A DNA stretch of 64,000 bases, taken from the NCBI GenBank assembly GCA_963728205.1, contig CAVSIV010000001.1:960001-1024000 (forward strand), read 5' to 3'. The position numbers and the translations under genes were made by a program. Source of the stretch: an uncultured Chloroflexia bacterium (lineage in GTDB: Bacteria; Chloroflexota; Dehalococcoidia; UBA2979). The stretch's first letter is position 1, and each line of letters begins with the position of its first letter. The notes beneath the pieces are model-generated. The model was not told the DNA's origin and made no database searches. It saw only the letters and a program-made list of their open reading frames with translations. Shown piece after piece: positions 1 through 9,754 of this stretch.

Positions 1-1
1 C

Positions 2-985
2 GTGCGGCGCAGCGACGTCGTGATCGAGAGCTTCGCGCCGGGGCGCCTGGCGGAGCTGGGCTTCGGCTACGACGCGCTCGACGCGCGCCGCCGCGGCGTC
101 ATCCTCTGCTCGATCACGCCGCACGGGCAGAGCGGCCCGCTGGCCGGCGTGCCGGGCAACGACCTCACCGCGTTCGCGCGCTCCGGCTGGGCGTCGATCA
201 ACGGCGATGCCGCGCGCGAGCCGCTGAACGGGAGCGCGTTCCAGGCGTCGTACCAGGCCGCGCTTGCGGCGTACGGCGCCGTGCTCGCGGCGCTGTTCCA
301 CCGCGACACGCACCCCGGCGAGGGCCAGCACGTCGACGTCTCCGAGGTCGAGGTCTGCGCGTCGACGTTCGCGCCGGCGCTGCTGCGCGGGCAGTACCTC
401 GGCGAGGCGATGGGCCGCAAGCACGGCACCGACATCACCACCGGCCCCGTCCCCGTCGCCGACGGCCACTTCGCGCTCACGATCAGCCGCGCGCACTTCT
501 GGCGCGACGCGATGAACCTGCTCGGGCTCGAAGACCTCGCGGAGGACGAGCGCTACGAGGCGAGCTGGTACCGGCAGCAGCACAAGGAGGAGTACGTCTC
601 GCGCGTGCAGGAGAAGATGGCGGGCTGGCAGAAGATGGAGCTGTTCGACGAGCTCGCCGTGCGGCGCGTCGTCGCCGGGCCGGTGCTGACGATGGACGAG
701 CTCCGCGCGAACCCGCACCTGCGCGAGCGCGAGTTCTGGGTGCACGCCGCGGACGACCCCGACGGCCCGGAGTATCCCGGCGCGCCCGTGCGCCTGTCCG
801 CCACGCCATGGTCGCTCGCCCACCGCGCGCCGGAGCCGGGCGAAGACACGCTCCCCGTCCTGCGCGAGGTCGGCGGCGTCACCGAGGACCAGCTGCCGGG
901 GCTGCTCGAGTCGGGCGTGATCGGCACCGTCGCGTCGCCGGCGGACGAGCCGGCCGGCGCGCCCACCGGCGACGCGCGGCGATGA
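2..985 (+). CDS. CaiB/BaiF family III CoA-transferase subunit (5' truncated by window edge; lacks catalytic Asp)
   Basis: DVVIESFAPG, CSITPHGQSGP and GEGQHVDVS motifs. The catalytic-Asp region reads QASYQA. Stop overlaps next ATG (ATGA). Confidence 0.9.
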   Translation: MRRSDVVIESFAPGRLAELGFGYDALDARRRGVILCSITPHGQSGPLAGVPGNDLTAFARSGWASINGDAAREPLNGSAFQASYQAALAAYGAVLAALFHRDTHPGEGQHVDVSEVEVCASTFAPALLRGQYLGEAMGRKHGTDITTGPVPVADGHFALTISRAHFWRDAMNLLGLEDLAEDERYEASWYRQQHKEEYVSRVQEKMAGWQKMELFDELAVRRVVAGPVLTMDELRANPHLREREFWVHAADDPDGPEYPGAPVRLSATPWSLAHRAPEPGEDTLPVLREVGGVTEDQLPGLLESGVIGTVASPADEPAGAPTGDARR

Positions 986-2271
986 GCGACGTGCCGCCGC
1001 GCGCCGGGGAGGGGCCGCTCGCCGGGCTGCGCGGCATCGTGCTGACGCAGGCGTGGGCCGGCTCGTACTGCACCGAGCTGCTCGGGATGCTCGGCGCCGA
1101 CATCATCCAGCTCGAGGTGCGCAAGCGGCTCGACTCCTGGCGCGGGTCCTACGACACGCCGATGCCGGCGACGCTCCGCGCCGTCCCCACCGCGCGGCAC
1201 GCGTGGAACTGCAACCCGCTCTACAACTCCGTGAACCTCGCGAAGCGGACGGCCACGCTCGACCTCGGCACGCCCGAGGGCATCGACGTCTTCCGCCGCT
1301 TGCTGCCGCACGCCGACGTCGTCGCCGAGAACTTCTCGCCGCGCGTGCTCGGGAACCTCGGCATCGACTACGACGCCATGCGCGCGATCAAGCCCGACGT
1401 CATCCTGTGCAGCCTGTCGGCGTACGGCCACACGGGGCCGTGGGCGAACGTGCCGGGGATCGGCGGGACCATCGAGCCGACGTCGGGGCAGTCGGCGCTG
1501 CTGGGCTATCGCGACGGCCCGCCGCTCAACTCCGGGCAGATGTACCCCGACGCGGTCGCCGGGCTCACCGCCTTCGGCGCGATGCTCACGGCACTGCACC
1601 ACCGGCACCGCACCGGCGAGGGCCAGTACATCGACCTCTCGATGCAGGAGGCGAACCTCGCGGTGGTCGGCGACGCGGCGCTGGAGCAGGGAGTCACCGG
1701 ACGCCAGCGTCCGCGTCTCGGGAACCGCCACATGACCTTCGCGCCGCACGGGATCTACGCGTGCCGCGGAAACGCGACCGGGGAGGAACGCTGGATCGCG
1801 CTCGCCGCGCAGGACGAGGCGCAGTGGGCGGCGCTGTGCGACGTCGCCGGCCACGCGGAGTGGCGCGGCGACGCGCGCTTCGTCGACAACGCCGCGCGCA
1901 AGGCGCACGAGGACGCGCTCGACGCGATCCTCGGCGCGTGGGCCGCGACGGAGGACCGCGACGACCTGGCCGCGCGGCTGTCGGCCGCGGGCGTGATCGC
2001 CGCGCCGGTGCTCGACGGCCGCGAGGTCGCCGCGGACCCACAGCTGCGCGAACGCGGCTTCCTCGTCGAGCTCGACCACCCCGAGGTGGGCCGCTTCCCA
2101 CAGTCCGGCGTGCCGATGCGCTTCTCGCGCACGCCGGCGCGCGTCACGCGCCCGGCGCCGCTCCAGGGCGAGCACAACTACGAGGTGTTCGCGGAGCTGC
2201 TGGGGATGAGCGAGGCGGAGTACCAGGCGCTCGCGGCGCTGGGCGTGACGGGCGTCGGCCCGCCGCCGTAG
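982..2271 (+). CDS. CaiB/BaiF family III CoA-transferase subunit (catalytic Asp present)
   Basis: PLAGLR, LGADIIQLE, DVVAENFSP, YPDAVAG, GEGQYIDLSM. ATG 982 is coupled to the upstream TGA. Confidence 0.92.
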   Translation: MSDVPPRAGEGPLAGLRGIVLTQAWAGSYCTELLGMLGADIIQLEVRKRLDSWRGSYDTPMPATLRAVPTARHAWNCNPLYNSVNLAKRTATLDLGTPEGIDVFRRLLPHADVVAENFSPRVLGNLGIDYDAMRAIKPDVILCSLSAYGHTGPWANVPGIGGTIEPTSGQSALLGYRDGPPLNSGQMYPDAVAGLTAFGAMLTALHHRHRTGEGQYIDLSMQEANLAVVGDAALEQGVTGRQRPRLGNRHMTFAPHGIYACRGNATGEERWIALAAQDEAQWAALCDVAGHAEWRGDARFVDNAARKAHEDALDAILGAWAATEDRDDLAARLSAAGVIAAPVLDGREVAADPQLRERGFLVELDHPEVGRFPQSGVPMRFSRTPARVTRPAPLQGEHNYEVFAELLGMSEAEYQALAALGVTGVGPPP

Positions 2272-2380
2272 CCGATTCCGGCAGCGGCCGCTCGCCCACG
2301 GGGGCCCGCCGCTCGCCCAGATGCGGGGCGAACCGCTATCGTCGCGCCGTCCCGAGTGCCCCACCCGAAAGACGGCCCGC

Positions 2381-3229
2381 ATGACCGACTACACCCAGAT
2401 CCGCTACGAGACCGTGGGGCGCGTCGCGCGCGTCGTCCTCAACCGGCCGCGCTACCGCAACGCCCAGAGCCGGTTGCTGCTCGAGGAGATGGACGATGCC
2501 TTCGCGCGCGCGTCCGAGGACCTCGGCGTCGGCGTGATCGTGCTCTCCGGCGAGGGCGACCACTTCTCGGCCGGCCACGACCTCGGCACGCCCGACGAGG
2601 TGGCCGACCGCGAGGCGCGCCCGGCGGAGGAAGGGGTGCGCGGGCGCTACGCTCGCTCGTGGGAGAACAACGTCGCGAAGTCGCTGCGCTGGCGGAACGT
2701 GCCGAAGCCGACGATCGCGATGGTGCAGGGGTACTGCATCTTCGCCGGCTGGATCATCGCGTCGGCGATGGACCTGGTGTTCGCGGCCGACGACGCGATG
2801 TTCCTCGGCACGAACTTCCAGTACTTCACGATCCCGTGGGACATCCCCCCGCGGCAGGCGAAGGAGATCCTCTTCGAGAGCCGCTTCATCTCCGCGGCCG
2901 AGGCGCACGAGCTGGGCCTCGTGAACCGGGTGGTGCCGCGCGACCGGCTCGAGGCGGAGACGATGGAGTACGCGGCCCGCGTCGCGGAGAACGACCCGTT
3001 CCAGCTGCGCATGATCAAGCTCGCGATGAACCAGGCGCAGGACGCGCAGGGGTTCACGCAGCACATCAACGGCGCGTTCGCGCTGCACCTGCTCTCGTCG
3101 CAGGGCGAGGCCGACCCGGCGTTCGCGCTGTCGAAGCCCGAGGGCCGGCGCCGCCCGATGGTGCAGCGTGCGATGGAGAACTTCGAGCGCCGACAGCAGG
3201 AGCAGGCCGGCGAAGGCGGCCCCGCATGA
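2381..3229 (+). CDS. Enoyl-CoA hydratase/isomerase (crotonase) superfamily protein
   Basis: LNRPRYRNA, FSAGHDL, PKPTIAMVQG, AEAHELGLVNRVV motifs; ATG at 2381. Confidence 0.9.
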   Translation: MTDYTQIRYETVGRVARVVLNRPRYRNAQSRLLLEEMDDAFARASEDLGVGVIVLSGEGDHFSAGHDLGTPDEVADREARPAEEGVRGRYARSWENNVAKSLRWRNVPKPTIAMVQGYCIFAGWIIASAMDLVFAADDAMFLGTNFQYFTIPWDIPPRQAKEILFESRFISAAEAHELGLVNRVVPRDRLEAETMEYAARVAENDPFQLRMIKLAMNQAQDAQGFTQHINGAFALHLLSSQGEADPAFALSKPEGRRRPMVQRAMENFERRQQEQAGEGGPA

Positions 3230-4740
3230 CCGCGCCGCGCGACGCCTACGACGTCATCGTGATCGGCGCCGGCAACGCCGCGCTCTGCGCCGCGCTGGCC
3301 GCCCGCGAGGCCGGCGCCCGCGTCGCGGTGCTGGAGAAGGCCACGCGCGAGGAGCGCGGCGGCAACACCTTCTTCACCGGCGGCGGCTTCCGCTTCCCGT
3401 ACAACGGCATCGACGACATTCGCGCCCTGATCCCGGACCTCTCGGAAGAGGAGGTCGCGGGGATCGACGTCGGCTCCTATCCGGCGCCGGCGATGCGTTC
3501 GGACCTGATGCGCGTCACGGAGGGGCTGGCCGACCCCGGCCTCGTCGATCGGCTCGTCGGTGACGCGTACCCGACGGTCCAGTGGATGCGCGAGCGGCTC
3601 GGCATGCGCTGGGTGCTCATGTACGGCCGGCAGGCGTACCGCGTCGGCGACAAGCTCCAGTTCTGGGGCGGAATGATCACCGAGGCGGTCGGGGGCGGCG
3701 AGGGCCTCTCCGACATGCTCTTCCGCGCGGCGGAGGAGCAGGGGGTCGACGTTCGGTACGGGACGAAGGCAGTGTCGCTGATCACCGACCGGCGCGCCGC
3801 GGTGACGGGCCTGCGCGTGCGCGACGACGACGGCTTCGGAGAGCTCCAGGCGGGTGCGGTGGTGATCGCGGCGGGCGGCTTCGAGGCGAACACCGCGATG
3901 CGGACGCAGTATCTCGGAGCCGGGTGGGAGTTCGCCAAGGTCCGTGGTACAAGACATAACACTGGCGATGGCATCAAGATGGCGCTTGAGATAGGCGCCC
4001 AGCCGTACGGCCACTGGTCGAGTGCACACGCCGTGGCCTGGGACTTCAACGCGCCGCCCACCGGCAACCGGCGCATCGGTGATCTCTACCAGAAGCACTC
4101 GTATCCGCTCGGCCTGATCGTGAACATCCGCGGCGAGCGGTTCGTCGACGAGGGCGCGGACCTGCGGAACTACACGTACGCGAAGTACGGCCGAGAGATC
4201 CTGCGTCAGCCGCAGAGCATCGCGTTCCAGCTGTTCGACCAGCAGACGGTAGCGATGCTGCGCGACGAGTACCGCATCCGCGAGGCGACGAAAGCTGAGG
4301 CGGGGACCGTCGGTGAGCTCGCCGACGCGCTGGGCATCGACCGGACGGGGCTCGAGCAGACCGTGGCGGCGTACAACGCCGCGTGCCGGCCGGGGGCGTT
4401 CAACCCGGCCGAGCGCGACGGCCTGCACACGGAGGGAATCGCTCCGCCGAAATCGAACTGGGCGCTGCCGCTGAACCAGCCGCCGTTCGTGGGATACGCG
4501 GTGACGTGCGGCGTGACGTTCACGTTCGGTGGGCTGCGTATCGTGCCGCAGACGGCGCAGGTGCTGGACACCGAGGACCGGCCGATCGCGGGGCTGTACG
4601 CGGCGGGCGAGCTGGTGGGCGGGCTCTTCTTCCACAACTACGCCGGCGGGACCGGCCTGATGGCCGGCTCCGTGTTCGGCCGGCTTGCCGGCGCGTCGGC
4701 CGCGGAGGCCGCGCTGAGGGCGGGGACGCGCACGGTGTAG
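3226..4740 (+). CDS. tcuA: FAD-dependent oxidoreductase, tricarballylate dehydrogenase TcuA-like
   Basis: DVIVIGAGNAA FAD motif, GGNT, AAGGFEAN, VTFTFGGL, GLYAAGELVGGLFFHNY; ATGA overlap with upstream gene. Confidence 0.8.
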   Translation: MTAPRDAYDVIVIGAGNAALCAALAAREAGARVAVLEKATREERGGNTFFTGGGFRFPYNGIDDIRALIPDLSEEEVAGIDVGSYPAPAMRSDLMRVTEGLADPGLVDRLVGDAYPTVQWMRERLGMRWVLMYGRQAYRVGDKLQFWGGMITEAVGGGEGLSDMLFRAAEEQGVDVRYGTKAVSLITDRRAAVTGLRVRDDDGFGELQAGAVVIAAGGFEANTAMRTQYLGAGWEFAKVRGTRHNTGDGIKMALEIGAQPYGHWSSAHAVAWDFNAPPTGNRRIGDLYQKHSYPLGLIVNIRGERFVDEGADLRNYTYAKYGREILRQPQSIAFQLFDQQTVAMLRDEYRIREATKAEAGTVGELADALGIDRTGLEQTVAAYNAACRPGAFNPAERDGLHTEGIAPPKSNWALPLNQPPFVGYAVTCGVTFTFGGLRIVPQTAQVLDTEDRPIAGLYAAGELVGGLFFHNYAGGTGLMAGSVFGRLAGASAAEAALRAGTRTV

Positions 4741-4779
4741 GCGCGTGGAGGGCGAGGTGCCCGTCCTCCCCGGCTCCCG

Positions 4780-4861
4780 GCAAGCGGCGGCAGATACGCC
4801 GCCGATTCTGCGCGGCCTCGACGGCCGCGCCGGTATCGGCGGCGTATCCGCCGCCGCTTGC
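4780..4861. repeat. Palindromic intergenic repeat, family A (REP-like)
   Basis: gcaagcggcggcagatacgccgccgat...atcggcggcgtatccgccgccgcttgc, a near-perfect inverted repeat between convergent genes. Confidence 0.85.
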
Positions 4862-4891
4862 GACGGGGCCACGGGGCCGGCGACAGCACAC

Positions 4892-4915
4892 GGCAGGCCT
4901 GAAGCCTGCCGCGCG
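4892..4915 (-). repeat. Short hairpin, family C (GGCAGGC-n5-GCCTGCC), possible terminator/REP
   Basis: ggcaggcctgaagcctgccgcgc immediately after the minus-strand stop at 4917; near-identical copy at 43948. Confidence 0.6.
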
Positions 4916-4916
4916 C

Positions 4917-7366
4917 CTACGCCGTCACCAGGTCGCTCGACGTGACGCCGCCCGCCACCATCGCCGACACCTCGGCGTCGCTGTAGCCGGCCAGCGTCGT
5001 CAGCACCTCGGCGCTGTGCTGCCCGAACTGCGGAGCCGCACGCACGGCCGTGATCGGGCGGCGGCGCATGCGCCAGGTCGGCGCCGTTGTGAGCTGGCGG
5101 CCGGCGTCGGGGTGGTCGTAGGCGATGAACGCGTCGCGAACGAGCAGGTGCGCGTCCGTCGTCGCGAGCAGCGGCGTGAGCACCGGCGAGGCGGCCACGC
5201 CGGCGGCCTGCAGCGCGTCGGCCGCGTCGTCGGGGTCGCGCGTCGACGTCCACTCCGCGATCACCGCGTCGATCGCGTCCTGCGCCGCGCGGCGGCCATC
5301 GGCCGTCGCGTACGCCGGGTCGTCCAGCCGCGCGTCGCGCGATCACGCCGCGCAGCGCGCGCCACGCGTCGTCGGAGTCGACCGCGATCGCCACCCAGCG
5401 ACTCGTGAACTCGCGCAGCACGTTGCCCAGCGGGCCGACGGACTGCCGCACCGGGCCGTCGGCGGCGGGGTAGACGTTGTGCGGCGCGAAGAGCGCGTCG
5501 CGGCTGCCGATGCGCACGGGGAGCGGCACGCCGAGCGCCTGCGCGATCACGTACTCGCCGACGAGCCCGATGATGCCGTCGCGCTGGGGGACCATCGCGT
5601 AGACCCCGTGGCCGGTGCGCTCGCGCGCGACCAGCGCCACGCCGACCGCCGCGGCCGCCGTGACGCCCGCGACCGGGTCGCCGTACGAGATGCCGCTGCG
5701 GTGTGGCGGGCCGCCGGGGTAGCCCTGCAGCGCCACGAGGCCGCCCATCTGCTCGATCGACGGCCCGAAGCCGACACGCGCCGCGTCGTTGCCGCGGTGG
5801 CCGAACCCCGGCATCGACACGCAGATCAGCCGCGGGTTGAGGGCGCGCAGGTCCTCGTATCCGAGCCCCAGCCGCTCGGCGACGCCGCTGCTCCAGTTCT
5901 CGACGAACACGTCGGCGTCTGCGAGCAGGCGCCTGATCGCCTCGATGCCCTCGGGTCGCTGAAGGTCGAGCGTGATGCCGCGCTTGTTGCGGTTGTACTC
6001 GTTGAAGTAGGCGCTGAGGTTGATGTCGGGCGCGCTCGTCGCGCCGGCCATCGTGCGGATGCCGTCGGGGAACGCGGGTCCCTCGATCTTGATCACATCG
6101 GCGCCCATGTCGCCGAGGAGGCGCGTCGCATAGGGACCCGCCCAGATCTGCGTGACGTCGATCACACGGATGCCGTCGAAGGGGAGCGCAGGCGCCGCTG
6201 TGCCGGCCGGGGCCGCCGGCGTGGCGACGGGGGGCGCGCCCGCCGCCACGAGCTCCGCGCGCATGGCCTCGGTGTGCTCGCCGACGAGCGGGCCGCGCGC
6301 GTGCTCGCCGCGATCGCCGTCGAACTCGATCGGCCCCGCGGGCAGCGGGTGGCGGCCGAGCACGGGGTGATCGACCCAGCGCCAGAAGCCCGTCCCGACG
6401 AGCGCCGGCCATTCGAGCAACTCGCGCGGCGTCGGGATCAACGTCATCGGCGCGCGGAACTTCGCGGCCTCCGCGAAGATCTCGTGCGCCGCGCGCGTGC
6501 TCGCCCATTCCGGCAGCAGCACCGACATCAGCTCGTTGCCCTCGACCGACCAGCCGTTCGCGACGGCGGGGTCGTCCTTGAACTCCGGGTGGCCGATGCA
6601 CGTCGTAGACGGCGCCCGTCTGCCGCGGCATCGCGGCGACGCCCACGTAGCCGTCGGCGCAGGCGTGGATGCCCCACTGCGCGAACGTCTGATTGCCGTT
6701 CGGGCCGGCCTCGCTGCCGCGGGTCAGCGCGTTCGGCCCGGCGCCCTCCAGCGTCGCGACCTGCACCTCCTGGATCGAGATGTCGAGCACGTCGCCGATG
6801 CCGGTGCGACGCGCGGCGAACAGCGCGGCCGCGGTGGCGCCGAACGCGTGCAGCCCGGCCTGGTAGTAGGCCTGGTGGCCGGCGGTCTTCAGCGGCGGCA
6901 GGTCCGGGTCGCCGCACATGCCCATCTGTCCGCCCGCCGCGGCGGCGGTGAGCGCGGTCGCGCGCCACTGCGTGTGCGGGCCGGTCTGGCCGAACGGGGT
7001 GATCCGGCAGACGACCAGCGACGCGCGCGCGTCGGCGAGCGCGTCGAGGTCGATCCCGCGCGCGGCGAGCGCGCCCGGCGCGTGCGAGTCAATCACGATC
7101 TCCGCGCGCGCGAGCAGCGCGTCGAGCGTCGCGCGATCCGCGGGGTCGTCGAGGTCGAGGGCGACGCTGCGCTTGCCGGCGTGCAGGTAGGCGGCGAGCA
7201 CGCCGGCGTCGGGGCCGTCGCCCGCGTGCGGCGGGAGGTGGCGGATGGGGTGCCCGCCCGGCGGCTCGACGACGACGACATCGGCGCCGTACGCGCGCAG
7301 GAGGCGGCCGGCGAACGCGCCGGCGACGTCGGTGCTGAGCTCCACGACGCGGCAGCCATCGAGCAT
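4917..7366 (-). CDS. Double-domain (fused) CaiB/BaiF CoA-transferase, two apparent +1 frameshifts (~6601, ~5339)
   Basis: MLDGCRVVEL...YGADVVVVE first domain; PFDGIRVIDVTQIWAGP...YGDPVAG second domain. Deleting one base at each site gives a continuous ORF of about 815 aa. Confidence 0.85.
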
Positions 7367-7395
7367 GGGTGGGTCCTTTCGTAGTGGTATCCGCG

Positions 7396-7502
7396 ACGCC
7401 GCCACCGCGGCGGCAGATACGCCGCCGACAGCACGCGGACGCAAGTCCGCGGCTGCCGCCGCGGGTCTGTCGGCGGCATGTCTGCCGCCGCTGTGGCGGC
7501 GT
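7396..7502. repeat. Palindromic intergenic repeat, family A
   Basis: gcggcggcagatacgccgccgacag...ctgtcggcggcatgtctgccgccgc arms with inner cgcggacgcaagtccgcg hairpin, shared with the 54 kb copy. Confidence 0.85.
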
Positions 7503-7671
7503 GTCCGCCGCGGCGCGGTGGTGTCCGCCGCAGCGCGGTCGTGGCACGCGAGCGCGTCCGGCAGGGCGCGCTCCCGCCGCGCGCCGCATGGTAGCAACCC
7601 GCCCGCCGGACACGAACCAGCCCCCGGCGTGCCGAGGGCTGGTAGGCGATCGCGTCGCGTCGCGCCGAGGG

Positions 7672-8214
7672 CTACGCCCGGGCGAAGCCGTAGTCGAGCG
7701 TCGACGACAGGTCGAAGAACCGCTGCAGGCTCGGGTTGTAGCGGAAGAACATGTCCGCCTTGAACCCGTCGTCCAGGTAGTTCTTGTGGATGGGGTCGTC
7801 GAAGCGCAGGTCGAGCGTGTTCAGCGTCCACTCCTGCGTGGCGTGGCCGTTCTTCTTGATGTCCTGGAGCATCGACTTCCAGTGCTCGGGGGAGAGCTCC
7901 ACGACGAAGTCCGCGTCGCGGAGGCGGTTCTCCGATACTTCGCGCACGTCGTGGATGTCGAGCACGTCGAAGTTCGCCTCGATCAGCTTCTCGCCGATCT
8001 TGAAGACGACGACCGCGTTGAGCCGGCCGAACTTGCGGTAGCCCTCGTCCTGCTTCGCGACGTCGCCGAGCTTCTGGAACCATTCAACGGACGGGAAGTT
8101 GAGCTTCTTCGTCGCGGCGGCCGGCTTCTTTGCCGCGGCGCGGGTCGTCGTCTTCGCCGCCGCCTTCGCGGGCGCCTTGCGGCTGGTGGTCGTGCTCGTG
8201 CTCTTCGTCGGCAT
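7672..8214 (-). CDS. SCP2 sterol/lipid-binding-like protein with Lys/Ala-rich N-terminal tail
   Basis: FPSVEWF start of domain and ADFVVELSPEHWKSML resemble SCP2-like folds; strongly biased codons. The fold call is by eye. Confidence 0.6.
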   Translation of the reverse strand: MPTKSTSTTTSRKAPAKAAAKTTTRAAAKKPAAATKKLNFPSVEWFQKLGDVAKQDEGYRKFGRLNAVVVFKIGEKLIEANFDVLDIHDVREVSENRLRDADFVVELSPEHWKSMLQDIKKNGHATQEWTLNTLDLRFDDPIHKNYLDDGFKADMFFRYNPSLQRFFDLSSTLDYGFARA

Positions 8215-8247
8215 CAGTGCCCCTTTACGGTTGCGTGCTGCAGCAGG

Positions 8248-8550
8248 TTAGAAGTCGATCGGCTTCCCGGGGTCCTTCGCCGCGTCGAACGGCGTCATCT
8301 TGGCGAGGTGACGCATCGGCTCGGCCTCGGGGGTCTTCGCCATCTGGTCCTCGACCATGCGCTTGTACATGGGGTCGAGGGAGCGGATGGCGTCCAGCTC
8401 ATTGTGCGTGACCGCGAAGGCCGAGACCTTGCGGGCGATGTTGGACTTGCCGCAGAACTCGCACTTCGTGGGCTCCTCGCGGCGCGGGGGCCGGATCAGC
8501 ACCTCGAAGGTCGCCTTGCAGTCGGCGCACTGGTACGTGTGAAGCGGCAT
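8248..8550 (-). CDS. FmdB family zinc-ribbon protein
   Basis: MPLHTYQCADCKATFE...KCEFCG...RKVSAF signature. Confidence 0.88.
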   Translation of the reverse strand: MPLHTYQCADCKATFEVLIRPPRREEPTKCEFCGKSNIARKVSAFAVTHNELDAIRSLDPMYKRMVEDQMAKTPEAEPMRHLAKMTPFDAAKDPGKPIDF

Positions 8551-8576
8551 GTTCGATCCGATCTCGCCGTGGCGGG

Positions 8577-9656
8577 CTACGCCGCGGCGGTTTCACCTTC
8601 GGCCAGCAGCATCCGGAACGGCCGGATCAGCTGCTCGCCGCGCTCGAGGCCGACGGAGCGGCAGTGGCTGAGGTATGCGCGCATCCAGTCGCGCTGGAGG
8701 CGCCGGACGACCTGCATCCCTTCGTCCATGCCCTTCACGCCGCCGCCGAAGATGACGGCAAGCGCTTCCCAGAGCACGGGGTCGGCCGCGTCGCGGGCCT
8801 GCGCGGCCTCGACGTTCGTCAGCCAGATCGCGAAGCCGGCGCGCTGCTCGGGCCGAGCGGCGATGGCCGTGCGGATGTGATCCATGGCGTAGGCGAGGGT
8901 GCGCATGCGGTCCGGGATCATGCGCGTCGCCAGCACGCGGTCGGCCTCGGTCGGGCCGTACGCGGCGAGGTAGCGCAGGATCGCGGTCTGCAGCGAGCCG
9001 CGCAGGAACCAGAGGCCGAGCACGGTCTGCGACCAGCCGGCGTACGTCTCCATGATCGCGCGGTTCATGCGGCCGGGGCTCTCCAGCAGCATGCCGCCGC
9101 CGTTGACCATCGCGCGCTTGCGGTAGCCCTCGAAGAGCCGCGCCGCGTCGTACACGCCGGTCGAGAGGAAGAGCTTCACCTCGTGGTAGCCGGGGCTGAG
9201 GTTCTGCAGCCAGCCGGAGACGACCTCGGCCTCGATCGAGCCCTCCTGCGAGAGCTCGGTCGCGACCTGGCAGATCGCGATCTCGACGTCGTCGGGCAGG
9301 CCGTGCGCGGTCTCCCACGGGACGTCGGTCGCGGTCGACCAGCGGCGCGAGATGCCCTCCTCGTAGAGCTGGCCGGCGCAGTCGGCCCACTGCTCGTACT
9401 TCTCCTGGAGGTAGTAGCCGCCGATGGAGCCGGCGATGGGTGACGGGTAGGCGCCGCGCGGCCAGCGGTTGCGGTACTGGATGCGGTCGGGAATCTCGGA
9501 GTAGACGCCCACGTTGAGGGCGTCGATCGTGAGCCCGCCGCCGTGCTCGAAGTCGGGACGCGCGCGGATGCCCCAGCCGATGGTCTTGTCCATCCAGCTG
9601 AGGTCGGGCATCGGCGGCGCCTGCGGCGCACCATCCTGGGCGGTTGCCTGGACCAT
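8577..9656 (-). CDS. Ferritin-like protein, degenerate (beta-like) paralogue lacking iron ligands
   Basis: Aligns by eye with 9755..10891 (LYEE, DVPWE, LPDDVE, RKR..NGGG) but has DAARL and DRMRT where that protein has ExxH. RBS GGAGGGG before ATG 9656. Confidence 0.8.
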   Translation of the reverse strand: MVQATAQDGAPQAPPMPDLSWMDKTIGWGIRARPDFEHGGGLTIDALNVGVYSEIPDRIQYRNRWPRGAYPSPIAGSIGGYYLQEKYEQWADCAGQLYEEGISRRWSTATDVPWETAHGLPDDVEIAICQVATELSQEGSIEAEVVSGWLQNLSPGYHEVKLFLSTGVYDAARLFEGYRKRAMVNGGGMLLESPGRMNRAIMETYAGWSQTVLGLWFLRGSLQTAILRYLAAYGPTEADRVLATRMIPDRMRTLAYAMDHIRTAIAARPEQRAGFAIWLTNVEAAQARDAADPVLWEALAVIFGGGVKGMDEGMQVVRRLQRDWMRAYLSHCRSVGLERGEQLIRPFRMLLAEGETAAA

Positions 9657-9754
9657 TCGTGTCCCCTCCAGGGAGGGCCCCATCGTGGGGGCCACACACA
9701 GCGGACGCCGCCCCTCGCGTGGTGCGGGGGAGCGGCGTCCGAGCGGATCAGTGG

